64,000 nt of DNA from Verrucomicrobiota bacterium. GTDB lineage: Bacteria > Verrucomicrobiota > Verrucomicrobiia > Limisphaerales > UBA9464. Position numbers and translations under genes: made by a program. The notes under the pieces were generated by a model, which had not been told where the DNA came from, made no database searches, and saw nothing but the letters and a program-made list of their open reading frames with translations. Positions 26,482-36,860 of the stretch are shown piece by piece (position 1 is the stretch's first letter; every line of letters begins with the position of its first letter). The stretch covers positions 8,924 to 72,923 of the forward strand of contig JAYUSF010000224.1 in NCBI GenBank assembly GCA_043755815.1, written 5' to 3'.

Positions 26482-29400
26482 TCACTGGACTTTCAAACGG
26501 AAGAACTGACGAGCCGGAGAAATTACCGGGGTCAGCAATTCAAATGAACCGCTTGATGCGGTGGTGACCGACACCAGATCCCACGTGGCCATATCCATGG
26601 ACTGTTCCAACCGATAAGTGCGGCCCGCATCGCCGGTAACCTGCAAGCGCAGTTGTTCACCCTGGCGGACAACGCCCGCAATCAGTGCTGTCTCAGGATC
26701 CCGCACGCGCACGATGATTGACTGGGAGGCGGTTTGACGGCCGTCAACGTCCACGGCAAGCGCGGTCAATTCATGGGAGCCGATCTCCGCCAACCTGACC
26801 GAAAACCGCCCCTCAGGTGAGTTCGTTAGCGCGATGGTCTGCAGCCGATTCTCGCGGAGCTCAATCCGTCGGATCACGCTATCAGAGTCCATGGCACGCG
26901 CCACAAGCGTGACGAGTTCACCGGGAGCGAATTCCGTTTTGTCGCTTATCAGCTGCAAGTCCACTGCCGTCGGTTTCGGCCCTGGCAGCGCGATGCGCAA
27001 CACCTTCCTCGCTGGCGAAAGCCCGTTGAACTGCCCTCCCACCAGCAGATCTCCTCCCGGCCGCCAGGCCAGCGCGGAAACCTGGGGGAAGTCCGTGGGG
27101 AGAACTGGGCTGAAGTGCGGATCCAGCCGCCCATTGGGCAGGAACCGAGCAAGCAACCAAAACCCGTCATCATCGCGTCGCACGTAACCGCCACCCACAT
27201 AGATCATACCGTCCGGAGCTACCGCGACATGGTAGATCTGGGATCCGTCGACGGCCCGGGAATCAAACCCGGAATCCACGGTTCCGTCTGGCCAGAGTCG
27301 GGCCAAAGAAGGACAGGCGACTCCGTTCACCTTCGAAAACTGTCCGGCAACGATCACCCTGCCGTCCGACTGCACCGCCATGGCGCTGACCCATTGCCCG
27401 GCTCCAATGACGCCAACGGTGGCAAGCGGCGGCACTTCCAGAGCGCCGTATTCCCTCAACCGCCAAACTCCCGCGATGCTGGTCCCGTCCCTTCCTTGGG
27501 TGCCGGAAACCAAAATTCGCCCGTCGGGAGCTTTCGCCCAGCAGTAGGATTGCAGGAGCGGGCATCGGAAGTCTGCGTCCGCCGACCCGTCACGCTCAAG
27601 GCGGGTAATCAATTGCCCCGCAACCAACAGGCGCCCGTCTGCGAGCGCCAACACCCTCAGATCAGCTCCATCCTGGATTCCTGCGCAACGAAACGTCGGA
27701 TCAATCCGGCCATCCGGAAACAGCCGGACCAAGTTGGTGGTTCCTCCGCCGGGAAGGGGAATCACGAATTTACCTTGCGCGCCGGCGATGAGTTTTCCAT
27801 CGGGTAAGGCAGCCAACACCTGGACATCCGCGTGGCCTGCGGAGAAGGCGAACTCAAGATCGACGTCCCCGTCAGACTTGATCCGGATCAACTGCCCGGC
27901 ATTGGTTCCCCGGGTTACAAATGAGCCATCTGGCAGCGTGACCAGACTGGCGCGGGGTAGGCCCGTCACCGCGGGTTGGTCCAATGCCAATACTCCGACC
28001 GCTTCATCCTCGATCAAGATTTGCGACTGGGACAGTTCACCTAACACCGCAGCCGGGTTTTCCGTGGAAAGTTGAAGTCCAAGGGCACGTATCCCGGTGT
28101 GGGCGGGATTGCCTAACATCGGGACACGCACCACCTGATCGCGCCAACCTGAGTCCGGGAACTCCAACACCTGATCAATCGGCACATAGTCAGTCCCCGG
28201 TTGGGCGGAGCCGCCTTGTGTCCTGACGCGCACCCGCATGGTCCCCGAGCCGCCACCAACGCGCCGAATCTTCACCAAAGCCTCCGCATCCCCTTCCCGA
28301 GCAAAGGCGGTCGACTCGGCAAACTCGATCCGCCCAGGGTCCTCGCTGCCTCGCAGTCGAACCAGGCCGGAGAGGCGGAGGCCATCGACCAAGTCGAATT
28401 GTCCGCCGACCAACAGGCCTCCATGAGGCAGCAACCCCAGTGCCCGAACCGAACCGATGATCCCTTCCCCGAGGTCCCAACTCGTGTCCAGGCTCAGGTC
28501 GGCGTTGAGCCGGGCCAGTCCGGGACGTTTCACGCCGTGGACCTCGGAAAAGCTTCCCCCAATCCAATACTTCCCATCGGGAGCCGGCAGTAGGGCATGA
28601 ACGTGCCCATCGGTCGGAACACTTCCGCCCTCCCACCAATTTCCGCTGAGGGTGATCCACGCCACGCCAAACCGGCCTTGGCCGGTGGGCAGAGCGTCAA
28701 GCCAACCACCCACCAGCATGCTGCCGTCGGAATGACGGGCGAAACACCGCACCTCGCCGAACACATGTGGTTGGAAACTTTTGTCGAGGTTCCCGCCCGG
28801 GCGCAGCCGGAAAATTGGCCAGAGCCCATCCCAAGCGTTGAAACTCGGAATGTATGCGCCGCCATAGAGCATCCCGTCTCCTTGCAGGGACAGGGCATCG
28901 GTGACTGGCGGTAGCCAGTAAGGATAACCAGAAAACGGGTCAGGGAAACTGTCATCGGGCGATCCACTGGCCAAGCGGCGTGCCAATCGGGTGGAACCAC
29001 TGCCCGCAACATAAAACCGCCCATTGGGCAGAACCGCCATCGATCTGACAGATCCATTGAAATTATCCAGAAATCGCCCGCGGAATGATTGGTCAACCTG
29101 ACCATCTGCCAGGAGGCGAATGACCGGGAAGGTCGTGTTATGGTTCCAAACGCTCAGCCCACCCACCAAGGTCTTCCCTCCGGGCAGGGCCGCCAAGGCT
29201 CCGACCTGGTTGGTGGGGTAGTATGGATCAGGCCGTTCCACCCGCCACTCCCGGTCCAGTGAGCCATCAGGAAATAGTCGCAGGACTTCCCACGGCATCG
29301 ATTTTGTCCGGCCCACCGCCAACCAGCTTCCGTCCTCCCGCGGCACGAGTTGCCGCACTTCGTAGAATTCATTGGGTGCCCAGTTCGGCGTCGGCTCCAG

Positions 29401-32400
29401 CGTGGCGGCCCCTTCGCCGTAGATCTGCAGCACCGCGCGCTGTTTTCCCCCGGAGTCGATAGCGTCGGGATCGGAAAGCTCGACGCTGGCGGTCCGTTTG
29501 CCGAAATACGGCGGCGTCATGGCCAGCGGGATGGTGACCGTGGCCGTGGTTTCGCCCGCCGCGAAGGACACTTCCAAGTCACCCGCCGGGAAATCAACTC
29601 CCGACCGGGCTGTGCCATCCAAAATCCGAAGCCGAACCGTGGTCGCCTTGGCGGGATTTGCCCGACGAATCAATGGAACTACCAGCCGTCCCGACAATTT
29701 GGCCGCCGCCAACACTTGCCGTTCGAACTCAATTCCCGGGCTTCGCGGCCTGAAGCGCGCGAGGTTGTAAAGCGGCACTCCGTTCACCGATGAAAACGGT
29801 CCCGTCATCGCCACATCACCATCGGGCAGTGCAAACAACTTCTCCACCGTCCGGTCGGCGCCAGGCCAAACCGAGAAATTGGGATCTAACTGACCGTCGG
29901 ACCGCAGCACGGCATAGTTCCCGCATGCTTGCCCGTTGAAGTTCGTGAACGTGCCGGCGACCAAAATGCGTTCCCCAGGCAAAGCCACCCACGCTTGGAT
30001 CTTGTCTTGGTTCGTCTGAAATTGACCGTATTCGCCCACAACTTGGAACGGCCGAGGCTGGACAAACCCACTCGGTGCGAAATCCGTATCAAGCGTCCCG
30101 TTCGAGAGCAACCGGGCTAATCCCCGCCGTGGCTGTCCATCAAACCGCTCAAAGGCGCCGGCAAGGAGAATCTTCCCGTCGGCTTGGACCTTTACCATGG
30201 AAACCTCTCCATCCGGACCACCTCCAACTGCAAACGAAGAATCGAGCGTGCCGTCCGGAAGAAAGCGAGCCACCGAGGCTGCGGGCAGTGTTCCGACTCT
30301 GGCAAAAGATCCCGCGATCACGATCTTCCCGTCGGCCTGCTGTTGCACAGCCCCTGACGTTCCACGAAGAGTCCGGGTTCTGACTGAACTGGTTGGTTCC
30401 AAATTCTTGTTGAACGAGCTAAGGAGATAGCCAAACGCCCAAATCCGCAAACCGCCTTCCGCCCCCAGGAAGGCGGTGCCCCAGGCTCCCCCTTGGTGTT
30501 TCGTTTCTTCGGACCTCAAATAGTCGGAGACAGTGAACGTTACGCGTGAACCATCGAACCGCCACGAACTCCAACCATTGTCCTGCAACACATACGCTCC
30601 ACCATCCGGTCGCATGACAATTTGCTTGGCCGCGCCACCCGTCAGTGACCACCGCCAGTCCCGTTCTCCGTCGGGCAAAAAGCGCAACCCATTCCCGTAG
30701 AGGTTTCCCGCGGCATCTACGCCGTCCAGTCGGAAGCTTTCAAAGCTGTTGGTCGCCTGAGTCGGCATCAACTGGGTCACCAACCCAGGACCGTCGTCAT
30801 CGCATGCTTGAAGATGAAACTCCGACGTCACCCCGGGTCGCAACGGACCCAAGGTTTCCAGGGCCAGAACCAGATCCCGAGGCACATTGGCAACCCGGTC
30901 ATTGCGAAGGGCAAGATCAACCGTGAACGTCTGCCCCAGTTCCAAAGCGATTTCCATCGGCAAAAGCGAGGGCTCAGCGAGCACCGATGCATCCCCCCCC
31001 GCTATTTTGAGTCTGCCCCTGAGGGTATTGGTGCCCGGCCCGAAACGCCGCACCTCCACCCGGACGCTCCCATTTCCCTCGTTTACAGTTTGAGTTCGAC
31101 TCGTCCCGTTTGTTGCCCAATTGGCCCCGGCAAAAACCAGCCCAGTCTCATCATCTGCCAAGCTGAACCTCAATCTTTGCGACCCATCAAACGCTGGCCC
31201 TCCAACCGGATAAAAAAGTTCGACGGTCAGAGTTTTTGACGGGTCAAACAGCGCGTCATCCCGCAGTTGAATTTGAAACCCTGCCTCCCGCTGACCGATA
31301 TCGAAATGGAGCTCCCCAACCGCTGGCGCATAATCCTGTCCCGGCACCGCAGTTCCACTGAATCTGTAGCGGACGGACGCTTCGCTGTTGGTCACCCCGG
31401 TTCGAACCACCGATAGGGATATGGTGGCATTGGTTTCGGACAATGGATCATAGGATTGGAACCGAGAACTCTGCGCGAACTGAAACATCCCGAAAGGCTT
31501 GTCATCGTTGATCCGAACCGTGACCTCGGATGGGAAAGCCAGGACGCCGCCCTGGGCCGGCAATAGCCTGAGGCCAAAGTGATTGTTTAGCTCCTGCCGT
31601 TGGTTACGCACCGCAATCGACGTCTCGGCATAACTTTGACCGTTGGTAAAATGCAAGGTCCCCGATTTCGGCACGGTCAAACTCGAATCCACCAGGGGGA
31701 ACGTCTCGAACTCGACCGTCGCTTCACCCAGCAGGCTGTTGCGACGGACCACCCCAAATCTGAACAGTCCATTCGTTGCCATGGTTATCCACCTGCTTGG
31801 GGCGGCCGGCCCAAAGATTTTGCCCAGCCCGAACGAACTTCCCACCTTATCCGGTTTGAGCAACACCGGCACAATGCCCGGACTCAGGATTCCGTTTACG
31901 CTAACTCCTTCGCCGGCGCCGATCCACGCGTGCTCACCGTTTGCCGCGAACATTCCTTCCTCCAGCGCCCGAGACGAATAGTCCAGTTGGGCCACGGAAA
32001 ACGAAGGGTCGGGCAGGCCATCGGCATTCAAGCGACGAAAAACCACCGGGCCATCGGCTGTGAAAGGGGCTGCAATTTTGTGGCTCAGCAATACCCCTCC
32101 GTCAAAAAGTCTAAAGGCCGAAACAATCCGGGACGATCCGGGCCATGCATTGGTTACGGCAAGCGTTCCAGGCCGGATGCGTAGATCCAAATCCAGCTTG
32201 GTGATGGTCATGGTGAGGTTGGTCGGGCGCGCTTCACTCCACCAACTGTTGAGCATCAGAAAGCCGACTTCGCCATCAGCCAAAAGTCGCGGATTATTAA
32301 GAGTATCCGGCAGATGGAACCCCGGCTGATAATGACCATCAGGACCAAGAAGGATCGCCTGCAAGTTGGTTTTCACTCCGTTCACAAAACGCCCTAAGAG

Positions 32401-33081
32401 AAGCAGCGACCCGTTGGGGAGGGGTTGTAGGCGATCGATTTCTGATGAACGGAAGAATTGGTGCAAATCCGGCATGAACGTGCGGTCAAGGCGACCATCT
32501 TCCTGCCAGCGGCTTACCCATCGTGGAATTGAGTTGGTTTGAGGAACTGAGCCGCCAACAATTCGATAGATCCTATGCCGTCGATCCACCCGCTGCTCGC
32601 TATTGAGACCATCCTGCGTGAAAATGTAGGGGTTCCCGGTCCAAATGCTTTCAAATTCGAATCCTGGGTCTACTTGACCGTCCGCAAGCATACGCACAGC
32701 GAGAGTTCGTTTCCCACGCGCAGGCAGATTCGGCTCAAAAATCAGCATCCTGCCGTCGGGAAGCGGCACTAGTTGTCTTGCTCCTTTGGCAATTTCGTTG
32801 GGTGCGACAAAACTGGCATCCACGGTTCCATCCTGATTCAGCCGGACCAGACCGTGCCGTTCAAACCCATTCCATAGGTCGAAGTAGCCGGCGATTAGCA
32901 ACTTTCCCTCAAGCGTGCCAACAGCCGCCGTCGGGTGTTGGTAGAAGGAATCGCTCAACAACTTTGGGAAGATGCCCTCCCTCAGATCAACTGCGCCCTG
33001 TTGGGCGGAAACCCGCAGCACGCTGGCGATCAAAACGCCGAGCAGTAGCCGGATCATCCAGCAATGCCCCGGATGATTCAT
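26482..33081 (-). CDS. giant secreted repeat protein (delta-60-type beta-propeller repeats plus about 4 Calx-beta-like domains, C-terminal ...QFFRLKV module)
   Basis: Signal peptide MNHPGHCWMIRLLLGVLIASVLRVSAQQ. Dozens of PDG(S/T)LD..F repeats. Calx-beta-like segments such as VRYRFSGTAVPGQDYAPAVGELHFDIGQ and VRTQGGSAQPGTDYVPIDQVLEF. The start could also be 33105 or 33057. Confidence 0.8.
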   Translation of the reverse strand: MNHPGHCWMIRLLLGVLIASVLRVSAQQGAVDLREGIFPKLLSDSFYQHPTAAVGTLEGKLLIAGYFDLWNGFERHGLVRLNQDGTVDASFVAPNEIAKGARQLVPLPDGRMLIFEPNLPARGKRTLAVRMLADGQVDPGFEFESIWTGNPYIFTQDGLNSEQRVDRRHRIYRIVGGSVPQTNSIPRWVSRWQEDGRLDRTFMPDLHQFFRSSEIDRLQPLPNGSLLLLGRFVNGVKTNLQAILLGPDGHYQPGFHLPDTLNNPRLLADGEVGFLMLNSWWSEARPTNLTMTITKLDLDLRIRPGTLAVTNAWPGSSRIVSAFRLFDGGVLLSHKIAAPFTADGPVVFRRLNADGLPDPSFSVAQLDYSSRALEEGMFAANGEHAWIGAGEGVSVNGILSPGIVPVLLKPDKVGSSFGLGKIFGPAAPSRWITMATNGLFRFGVVRRNSLLGEATVEFETFPLVDSSLTVPKSGTLHFTNGQSYAETSIAVRNQRQELNNHFGLRLLPAQGGVLAFPSEVTVRINDDKPFGMFQFAQSSRFQSYDPLSETNATISLSVVRTGVTNSEASVRYRFSGTAVPGQDYAPAVGELHFDIGQREAGFQIQLRDDALFDPSKTLTVELFYPVGGPAFDGSQRLRFSLADDETGLVFAGANWATNGTSRTQTVNEGNGSVRVEVRRFGPGTNTLRGRLKIAGGDASVLAEPSLLPMEIALELGQTFTVDLALRNDRVANVPRDLVLALETLGPLRPGVTSEFHLQACDDDGPGLVTQLMPTQATNSFESFRLDGVDAAGNLYGNGLRFLPDGERDWRWSLTGGAAKQIVMRPDGGAYVLQDNGWSSWRFDGSRVTFTVSDYLRSEETKHQGGAWGTAFLGAEGGLRIWAFGYLLSSFNKNLEPTSSVRTRTLRGTSGAVQQQADGKIVIAGSFARVGTLPAASVARFLPDGTLDSSFAVGGGPDGEVSMVKVQADGKILLAGAFERFDGQPRRGLARLLSNGTLDTDFAPSGFVQPRPFQVVGEYGQFQTNQDKIQAWVALPGERILVAGTFTNFNGQACGNYAVLRSDGQLDPNFSVWPGADRTVEKLFALPDGDVAMTGPFSSVNGVPLYNLARFRPRSPGIEFERQVLAAAKLSGRLVVPLIRRANPAKATTVRLRILDGTARSGVDFPAGDLEVSFAAGETTATVTIPLAMTPPYFGKRTASVELSDPDAIDSGGKQRAVLQIYGEGAATLEPTPNWAPNEFYEVRQLVPREDGSWLAVGRTKSMPWEVLRLFPDGSLDREWRVERPDPYYPTNQVGALAALPGGKTLVGGLSVWNHNTTFPVIRLLADGQVDQSFRGRFLDNFNGSVRSMAVLPNGRFYVAGSGSTRLARRLASGSPDDSFPDPFSGYPYWLPPVTDALSLQGDGMLYGGAYIPSFNAWDGLWPIFRLRPGGNLDKSFQPHVFGEVRCFARHSDGSMLVGGWLDALPTGQGRFGVAWITLSGNWWEGGSVPTDGHVHALLPAPDGKYWIGGSFSEVHGVKRPGLARLNADLSLDTSWDLGEGIIGSVRALGLLPHGGLLVGGQFDLVDGLRLSGLVRLRGSEDPGRIEFAESTAFAREGDAEALVKIRRVGGGSGTMRVRVRTQGGSAQPGTDYVPIDQVLEFPDSGWRDQVVRVPMLGNPAHTGIRALGLQLSTENPAAVLGELSQSQILIEDEAVGVLALDQPAVTGLPRASLVTLPDGSFVTRGTNAGQLIRIKSDGDVDLEFAFSAGHADVQVLAALPDGKLIAGAQGKFVIPLPGGGTTNLVRLFPDGRIDPTFRCAGIQDGADLRVLALADGRLLVAGQLITRLERDGSADADFRCPLLQSYCWAKAPDGRILVSGTQGRDGTSIAGVWRLREYGALEVPPLATVGVIGAGQWVSAMAVQSDGRVIVAGQFSKVNGVACPSLARLWPDGTVDSGFDSRAVDGSQIYHVAVAPDGMIYVGGGYVRRDDDGFWLLARFLPNGRLDPHFSPVLPTDFPQVSALAWRPGGDLLVGGQFNGLSPARKVLRIALPGPKPTAVDLQLISDKTEFAPGELVTLVARAMDSDSVIRRIELRENRLQTIALTNSPEGRFSVRLAEIGSHELTALAVDVDGRQTASQSIIVRVRDPETALIAGVVRQGEQLRLQVTGDAGRTYRLEQSMDMATWDLVSVTTASSGSFELLTPVISPARQFFRLKVQ

Positions 33082-33271
33082 GGGGCGTGAACGGTTTGGG
33101 TCCATAATCGTTGGATGGGTTGTAGCTGACGACTCGACCAAGCCGAGATTGCAGTTGGGCAAACGGGGAACTGGACGAGTTGACAATTGTTCCCTCAGAC
33201 GAGTCAAGGCGCTTGCCGCTTCGCCCTTCCCCGATCCCACCCGCTCCCCTACGGTCCGCGCCGCTTTTCGT

Positions 33272-34486
33272 ATGGCCACCATCAAACCGTTTGCCGCCCT
33301 CCGTCCGCAGCCCCAGCTCGCCGCGCAGATCTGTGAGCTACCTTACGACGTAATGTCGTCCGAAGAGGCCCGCGAGATCGCCCGGGGCAATCCGCTCAGC
33401 TTCCTGCACGTCAGCAAGCCGGAGATCGACCTGCCGCCCGGCACCGACCTCTATTCGGCGCCCGTTTACGCCAAGGGTGCCGAGAACTTCGCCGCGCTCA
33501 TCGCCCAAGGCGCCCTGAAGCAGGATGCCCAGCCCGCCATTTATCTCTACCGCCAGATCATGGGCGGCCATGCCCAGACCGGCCTCGTCGCGGCGGCGAG
33601 CTGCCAGGAATATCTCGACGGCAGCATCAAAAAGCATGAATTCACCCGGCCCGACAAGGAGGACGACCGCGTCCGCCACATCGAGACGCTGAATTCGCAG
33701 ACCGGACCGGTGTTCCTCACCTACCGGGCCGAGGCCGCGCTCGACACCTTCGTCGCCCAACGCACCGCGCAGGCGCCCGCCGTGGATTTCACCGCGAAGG
33801 ATGGCGTCCGCCACACTGCCTGGGTGGTGGCCGACGCCGAAGGACTGGCCTTCATCGAGGGCGCCTTCGCGAAGATTTCCTGCCTCTACATCGCCGATGG
33901 GCATCATCGCAGCGCGGCGGCAGGACGCGTCTTTCAGTCGCGGAAGGGCGCCGGCCACAGCGCGCGGTTTCTCACGGTCATCTTTCCGCACAACCAGATG
34001 CAGATCCTGCCCTACAACCGCGTGTTGAAGGATCTGAACGGCCATTCGCCCGAACAGTTGCGGCAGAAGCTCGCCGAAGTCTTCGAGATCGTGGTGCCGG
34101 GTTCCGCCAAGCCCGCCAGCAAACATGAACTCGGGTTCTACTTCGGCGGCCAGTGGAGCACGCTGCGGTTCAAGGCGGCGTTGACCGGCGTGAGCGACCC
34201 CATCGAACGCCTCGACGTGACGTTGCTCCAAAAGCACGTCCTCGCCCCGCTCTTCGGCATCGACGATCCGCGCACGAGCAAGCGCATCAACTTTGTCGGC
34301 GGCATTCGCGGCACCGCGGAGCTGGAGAAGCTCGTGGACGGCGGCGAATACGCCTGCGCGTTCTCGATGTTTCCGACGAGCATCGTGGACCTGATGACCA
34401 TCGCCGACGCCGGGGGCATCATGCCGCCCAAGAGCACCTGGTTTGAGCCCAAGCTCCGCGACGCAATGTTCTGCCACCAGATTTGA
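33272..34486 (+). CDS. DUF1015 family protein
   Basis: MATIKPFAALRPQP...ELPYDVMSSEEAR...KKHEFTRPDKEDDRVRHIE...YIADGHHRSAAA, typical of DUF1015. ATG 33272. Confidence 0.85.
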   Translation: MATIKPFAALRPQPQLAAQICELPYDVMSSEEAREIARGNPLSFLHVSKPEIDLPPGTDLYSAPVYAKGAENFAALIAQGALKQDAQPAIYLYRQIMGGHAQTGLVAAASCQEYLDGSIKKHEFTRPDKEDDRVRHIETLNSQTGPVFLTYRAEAALDTFVAQRTAQAPAVDFTAKDGVRHTAWVVADAEGLAFIEGAFAKISCLYIADGHHRSAAAGRVFQSRKGAGHSARFLTVIFPHNQMQILPYNRVLKDLNGHSPEQLRQKLAEVFEIVVPGSAKPASKHELGFYFGGQWSTLRFKAALTGVSDPIERLDVTLLQKHVLAPLFGIDDPRTSKRINFVGGIRGTAELEKLVDGGEYACAFSMFPTSIVDLMTIADAGGIMPPKSTWFEPKLRDAMFCHQI

Positions 34487-34517
34487 GGCGGCCACGAATT
34501 CGCGGCCGGCCATGAAA

Positions 34518-34572
34518 CTGTGGGCGGGTTGCCCCGCAACCCGCAGCGGTCTCCGGGGGAAACCGCCCACAG
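34518..34572. repeat. palindromic intergenic repeat, copy B
   Basis: CTGTGGGCGGGTTGCCCCGCAACCCGCAGCGGTCTCCGGGGGAAACCGCCCACAG. Near-identical to 50946-51000. Lies between convergent genes. Confidence 0.9.
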
Positions 34573-34608
34573 CTTCAGACCAGGCGGCGCGTCCGCGAGC
34601 ACTGCCGG

Positions 34609-35385
34609 TTAGGGAACAACCACGGCGTTCCGTAGCCGGCCGATCGTTTCGCCGGGAAGGCGCGCGTCGAGCGAACCGGCTTCCGCCCGCTCCGGTCCGA
34701 CGTGGCCATCGGCGAACCACACCTGCGCCGCCTGCCGATGACGAAAGTGAACCGTCGCGCCGAGCGGGTTGGTGTCGAAGAAGTAGAACTCCTCCAACAT
34801 CGGCTGCTCGGGCGAGGCGGGCGGCTGGAAGTCGTTCACCTGACCGCCATCCGTGAAGCCAGCGAGTTCGCTGGGCCGGCGAAAGGCGGCGGGAGCGAGC
34901 CCGGCTTGGCCGCGCGGCCCCAGCAGCAGGTTGTAGGCATAACCATAGGCCGCGCCCCGGGCCTTCGCCTTGAACCGGGCGGAGCAGCGATTGAGCGACG
35001 GGCAGGTTTCCACGCCCTTCCCCTGCAGATACGGCCAGAGAGCGCCCTGCGTCAGGTCGAACTCACGCTGACCTTCCGCGCCGTCGGCGAGCCAACCGAA
35101 CCAGTAGCGCCAACCGCCGTTCGTGCGGCCCGTCCGTTCGCTGAAGGCGCGTCCGTGATCGTCCCAATACATCTGCGTGGCGAGGCCGAGTTGCCGCAGG
35201 TTGGAAACGCAGCGGGAGGAGTGGGCCGACTCGCGCGCCCGGGCGAGGGCGGGCAGGAGCAGGCCGGCAAGCAGCGCAAGGATGGCCACGACCACGAGCA
35301 GTTCGACGAGCGTGAAACCGCGGCAAAGTGCCCCCAAGGGCAACGCCGTTTTCCACGCCGGGCCGCTGTTCGCGCTCGCTTTCAT
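34609..35385 (-). CDS. DUF1559 / H-X9-DG protein with prepilin-type N-terminal cleavage/methylation domain
   Basis: [25 protein letters not shown] pilin-like N-terminus and the [19 protein letters not shown]9-DG motif near the C-terminus. ATG 35385 overlaps the upstream stop (ATGA). Confidence 0.88.
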   Translation of the reverse strand: MKASANSGPAWKTALPLGALCRGFTLVELLVVVAILALLAGLLLPALARARESAHSSRCVSNLRQLGLATQMYWDDHGRAFSERTGRTNGGWRYWFGWLADGAEGQREFDLTQGALWPYLQGKGVETCPSLNRCSARFKAKARGAAYGYAYNLLLGPRGQAGLAPAAFRRPSELAGFTDGGQVNDFQPPASPEQPMLEEFYFFDTNPLGATVHFRHRQAAQVWFADGHVGPERAEAGSLDARLPGETIGRLRNAVVVP

Positions 35386-36839
35386 TCGCGCCCGGCCTTC
35401 ACCCGGTAGAATTGCTGGCGGAACAAGGCCTCGCGCAGATCGGGCAACACCAGCACCCCGCCGGTCCCGAGTTCGCTCGCGATCGCCGACCATCCTTGCA
35501 GGTCGCCGCTGGCTTCGAGCGTGTAACGCCAGCCCTTGAGGCTCGCACACCTCACCTCACCCTGGCCCGCCAGCGTCACCCGGCCAATCGGCGTGGGCGG
35601 CAGTTCCAATACGACTTTGTCCAGGGAACCGCGCGCCAGGAGCGAGTCGCTCAGCGACGTGGCCTCGTTCCACACCATCACCGCAAAGGCGTCCAGTTCG
35701 AAGCTGCCAAACGTGTCCGGCAGGCGAAGCGGATACAGCGCCACCGCTTCCCCGCCCGTCGATAGCGTCGGCGTGACCGTGCGGGTGGAGGCACGGTATT
35801 CGAGGCGGATCCGGAACGTGGTGTTGGTGGCCGGTTCCACCGGAAAGGTGAAGCTGGCCGCCACCTTGCCGGCGGAATCCCAAGTGATCACCGAGATCGT
35901 CGGGTCCACGACTCCGAAGCCGGGAATTTCGCCGGTCGGAAACCAGGTGAACTCCAACGTGTCCTTCGCGCGACCGGCGCCACGGAGGTAGCTGTTGGTA
36001 AGCGCCCGTTGCAGGTTCAGGAAACCGAGCGACAACGGCATCGCGCCCGGACGGTTCGCCCGGACGCCGCCGAGCACTTCGGCCATCGTGAGGTCAAACG
36101 AGACCGCGAAATCGTCGGCCGCGGTAAGGCTGGCGGGCAGCGGCAGCGCGAAGAAGCTGTGGGGATTGGCGGTGTCCCACGTCACGTCGAGGCGTTGGCT
36201 GGTCGCATCCCAGCGGAAGAGATTGGTGTTCCCGTGGGCCTCCCAACCGCGCTGCGCGGGATCGGTGGCGAAGTCCTCGGTCAGCGTCTCAGCGGCACCG
36301 GGCTGGGCGAACCAGAGCAGGAAAAGCAAAAGGCTCAATTGGCCGAGAAGCGCGCCAGAATTTACCAGCCTGGAACCGGCGCCATTTGGCTCCGCAGATA
36401 CGATCACCGACGGCTGCGGGGCATCCGCCACCGTTTTTGAGTTTCCCGTTTTGATTTCCGGCTTAGCCCACGGGCAATGCCGGCAGCCGGAGTCGCAGCA
36501 ATACCCGCGACGGCGATGATAGGCCTCGGTAAAGACCACGAAGCCGGTGGCGGCGTCGAAATAGAAATCGCCCGCGCCGGGTTTGGGCGGCCGACGACGG
36601 CGGAGGGCGGCTTCCACGCAACTGCGGCAGATGCAGGCGCGGTTGCGCGCCCCTTCCGGCACCTGCGCCAGGAGCTCATCCGGAAAGGTCATGGCTTCGC
36701 ACCAGCAGGGCCCCTTGTAGGCCGCGCTGGTGCAAAGCTGGCAGTCATTCGGGGCGCCGCACAGCTGACAGCACGAAGCCGGGCACGCGCCACCACAACC
36801 CAAGGGAGCCGGGGCGGAAATCGAGGGAACCGGGTTCAT
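35382..36839 (-). CDS. fusion protein: cysteine-rich CWC domain, DUF5522-like domain, one TM helix and an extracytoplasmic beta-rich domain ending ...[11 protein letters not shown]
   Basis: [27 protein letters not shown]...ACICRSCV (CWC-type). [34 protein letters not shown] (DUF5522-type). TM helix [18 protein letters not shown]-terminus [14 protein letters not shown]...QQFYRV. Confidence 0.75.
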   Translation of the reverse strand: MNPVPSISAPAPLGCGGACPASCCQLCGAPNDCQLCTSAAYKGPCWCEAMTFPDELLAQVPEGARNRACICRSCVEAALRRRRPPKPGAGDFYFDAATGFVVFTEAYHRRRGYCCDSGCRHCPWAKPEIKTGNSKTVADAPQPSVIVSAEPNGAGSRLVNSGALLGQLSLLLFLLWFAQPGAAETLTEDFATDPAQRGWEAHGNTNLFRWDATSQRLDVTWDTANPHSFFALPLPASLTAADDFAVSFDLTMAEVLGGVRANRPGAMPLSLGFLNLQRALTNSYLRGAGRAKDTLEFTWFPTGEIPGFGVVDPTISVITWDSAGKVAASFTFPVEPATNTTFRIRLEYRASTRTVTPTLSTGGEAVALYPLRLPDTFGSFELDAFAVMVWNEATSLSDSLLARGSLDKVVLELPPTPIGRVTLAGQGEVRCASLKGWRYTLEASGDLQGWSAIASELGTGGVLVLPDLREALFRQQFYRVKAGRE

Positions 36840-36860
36840 GGAGTCACGCGCGCGGGCGGT

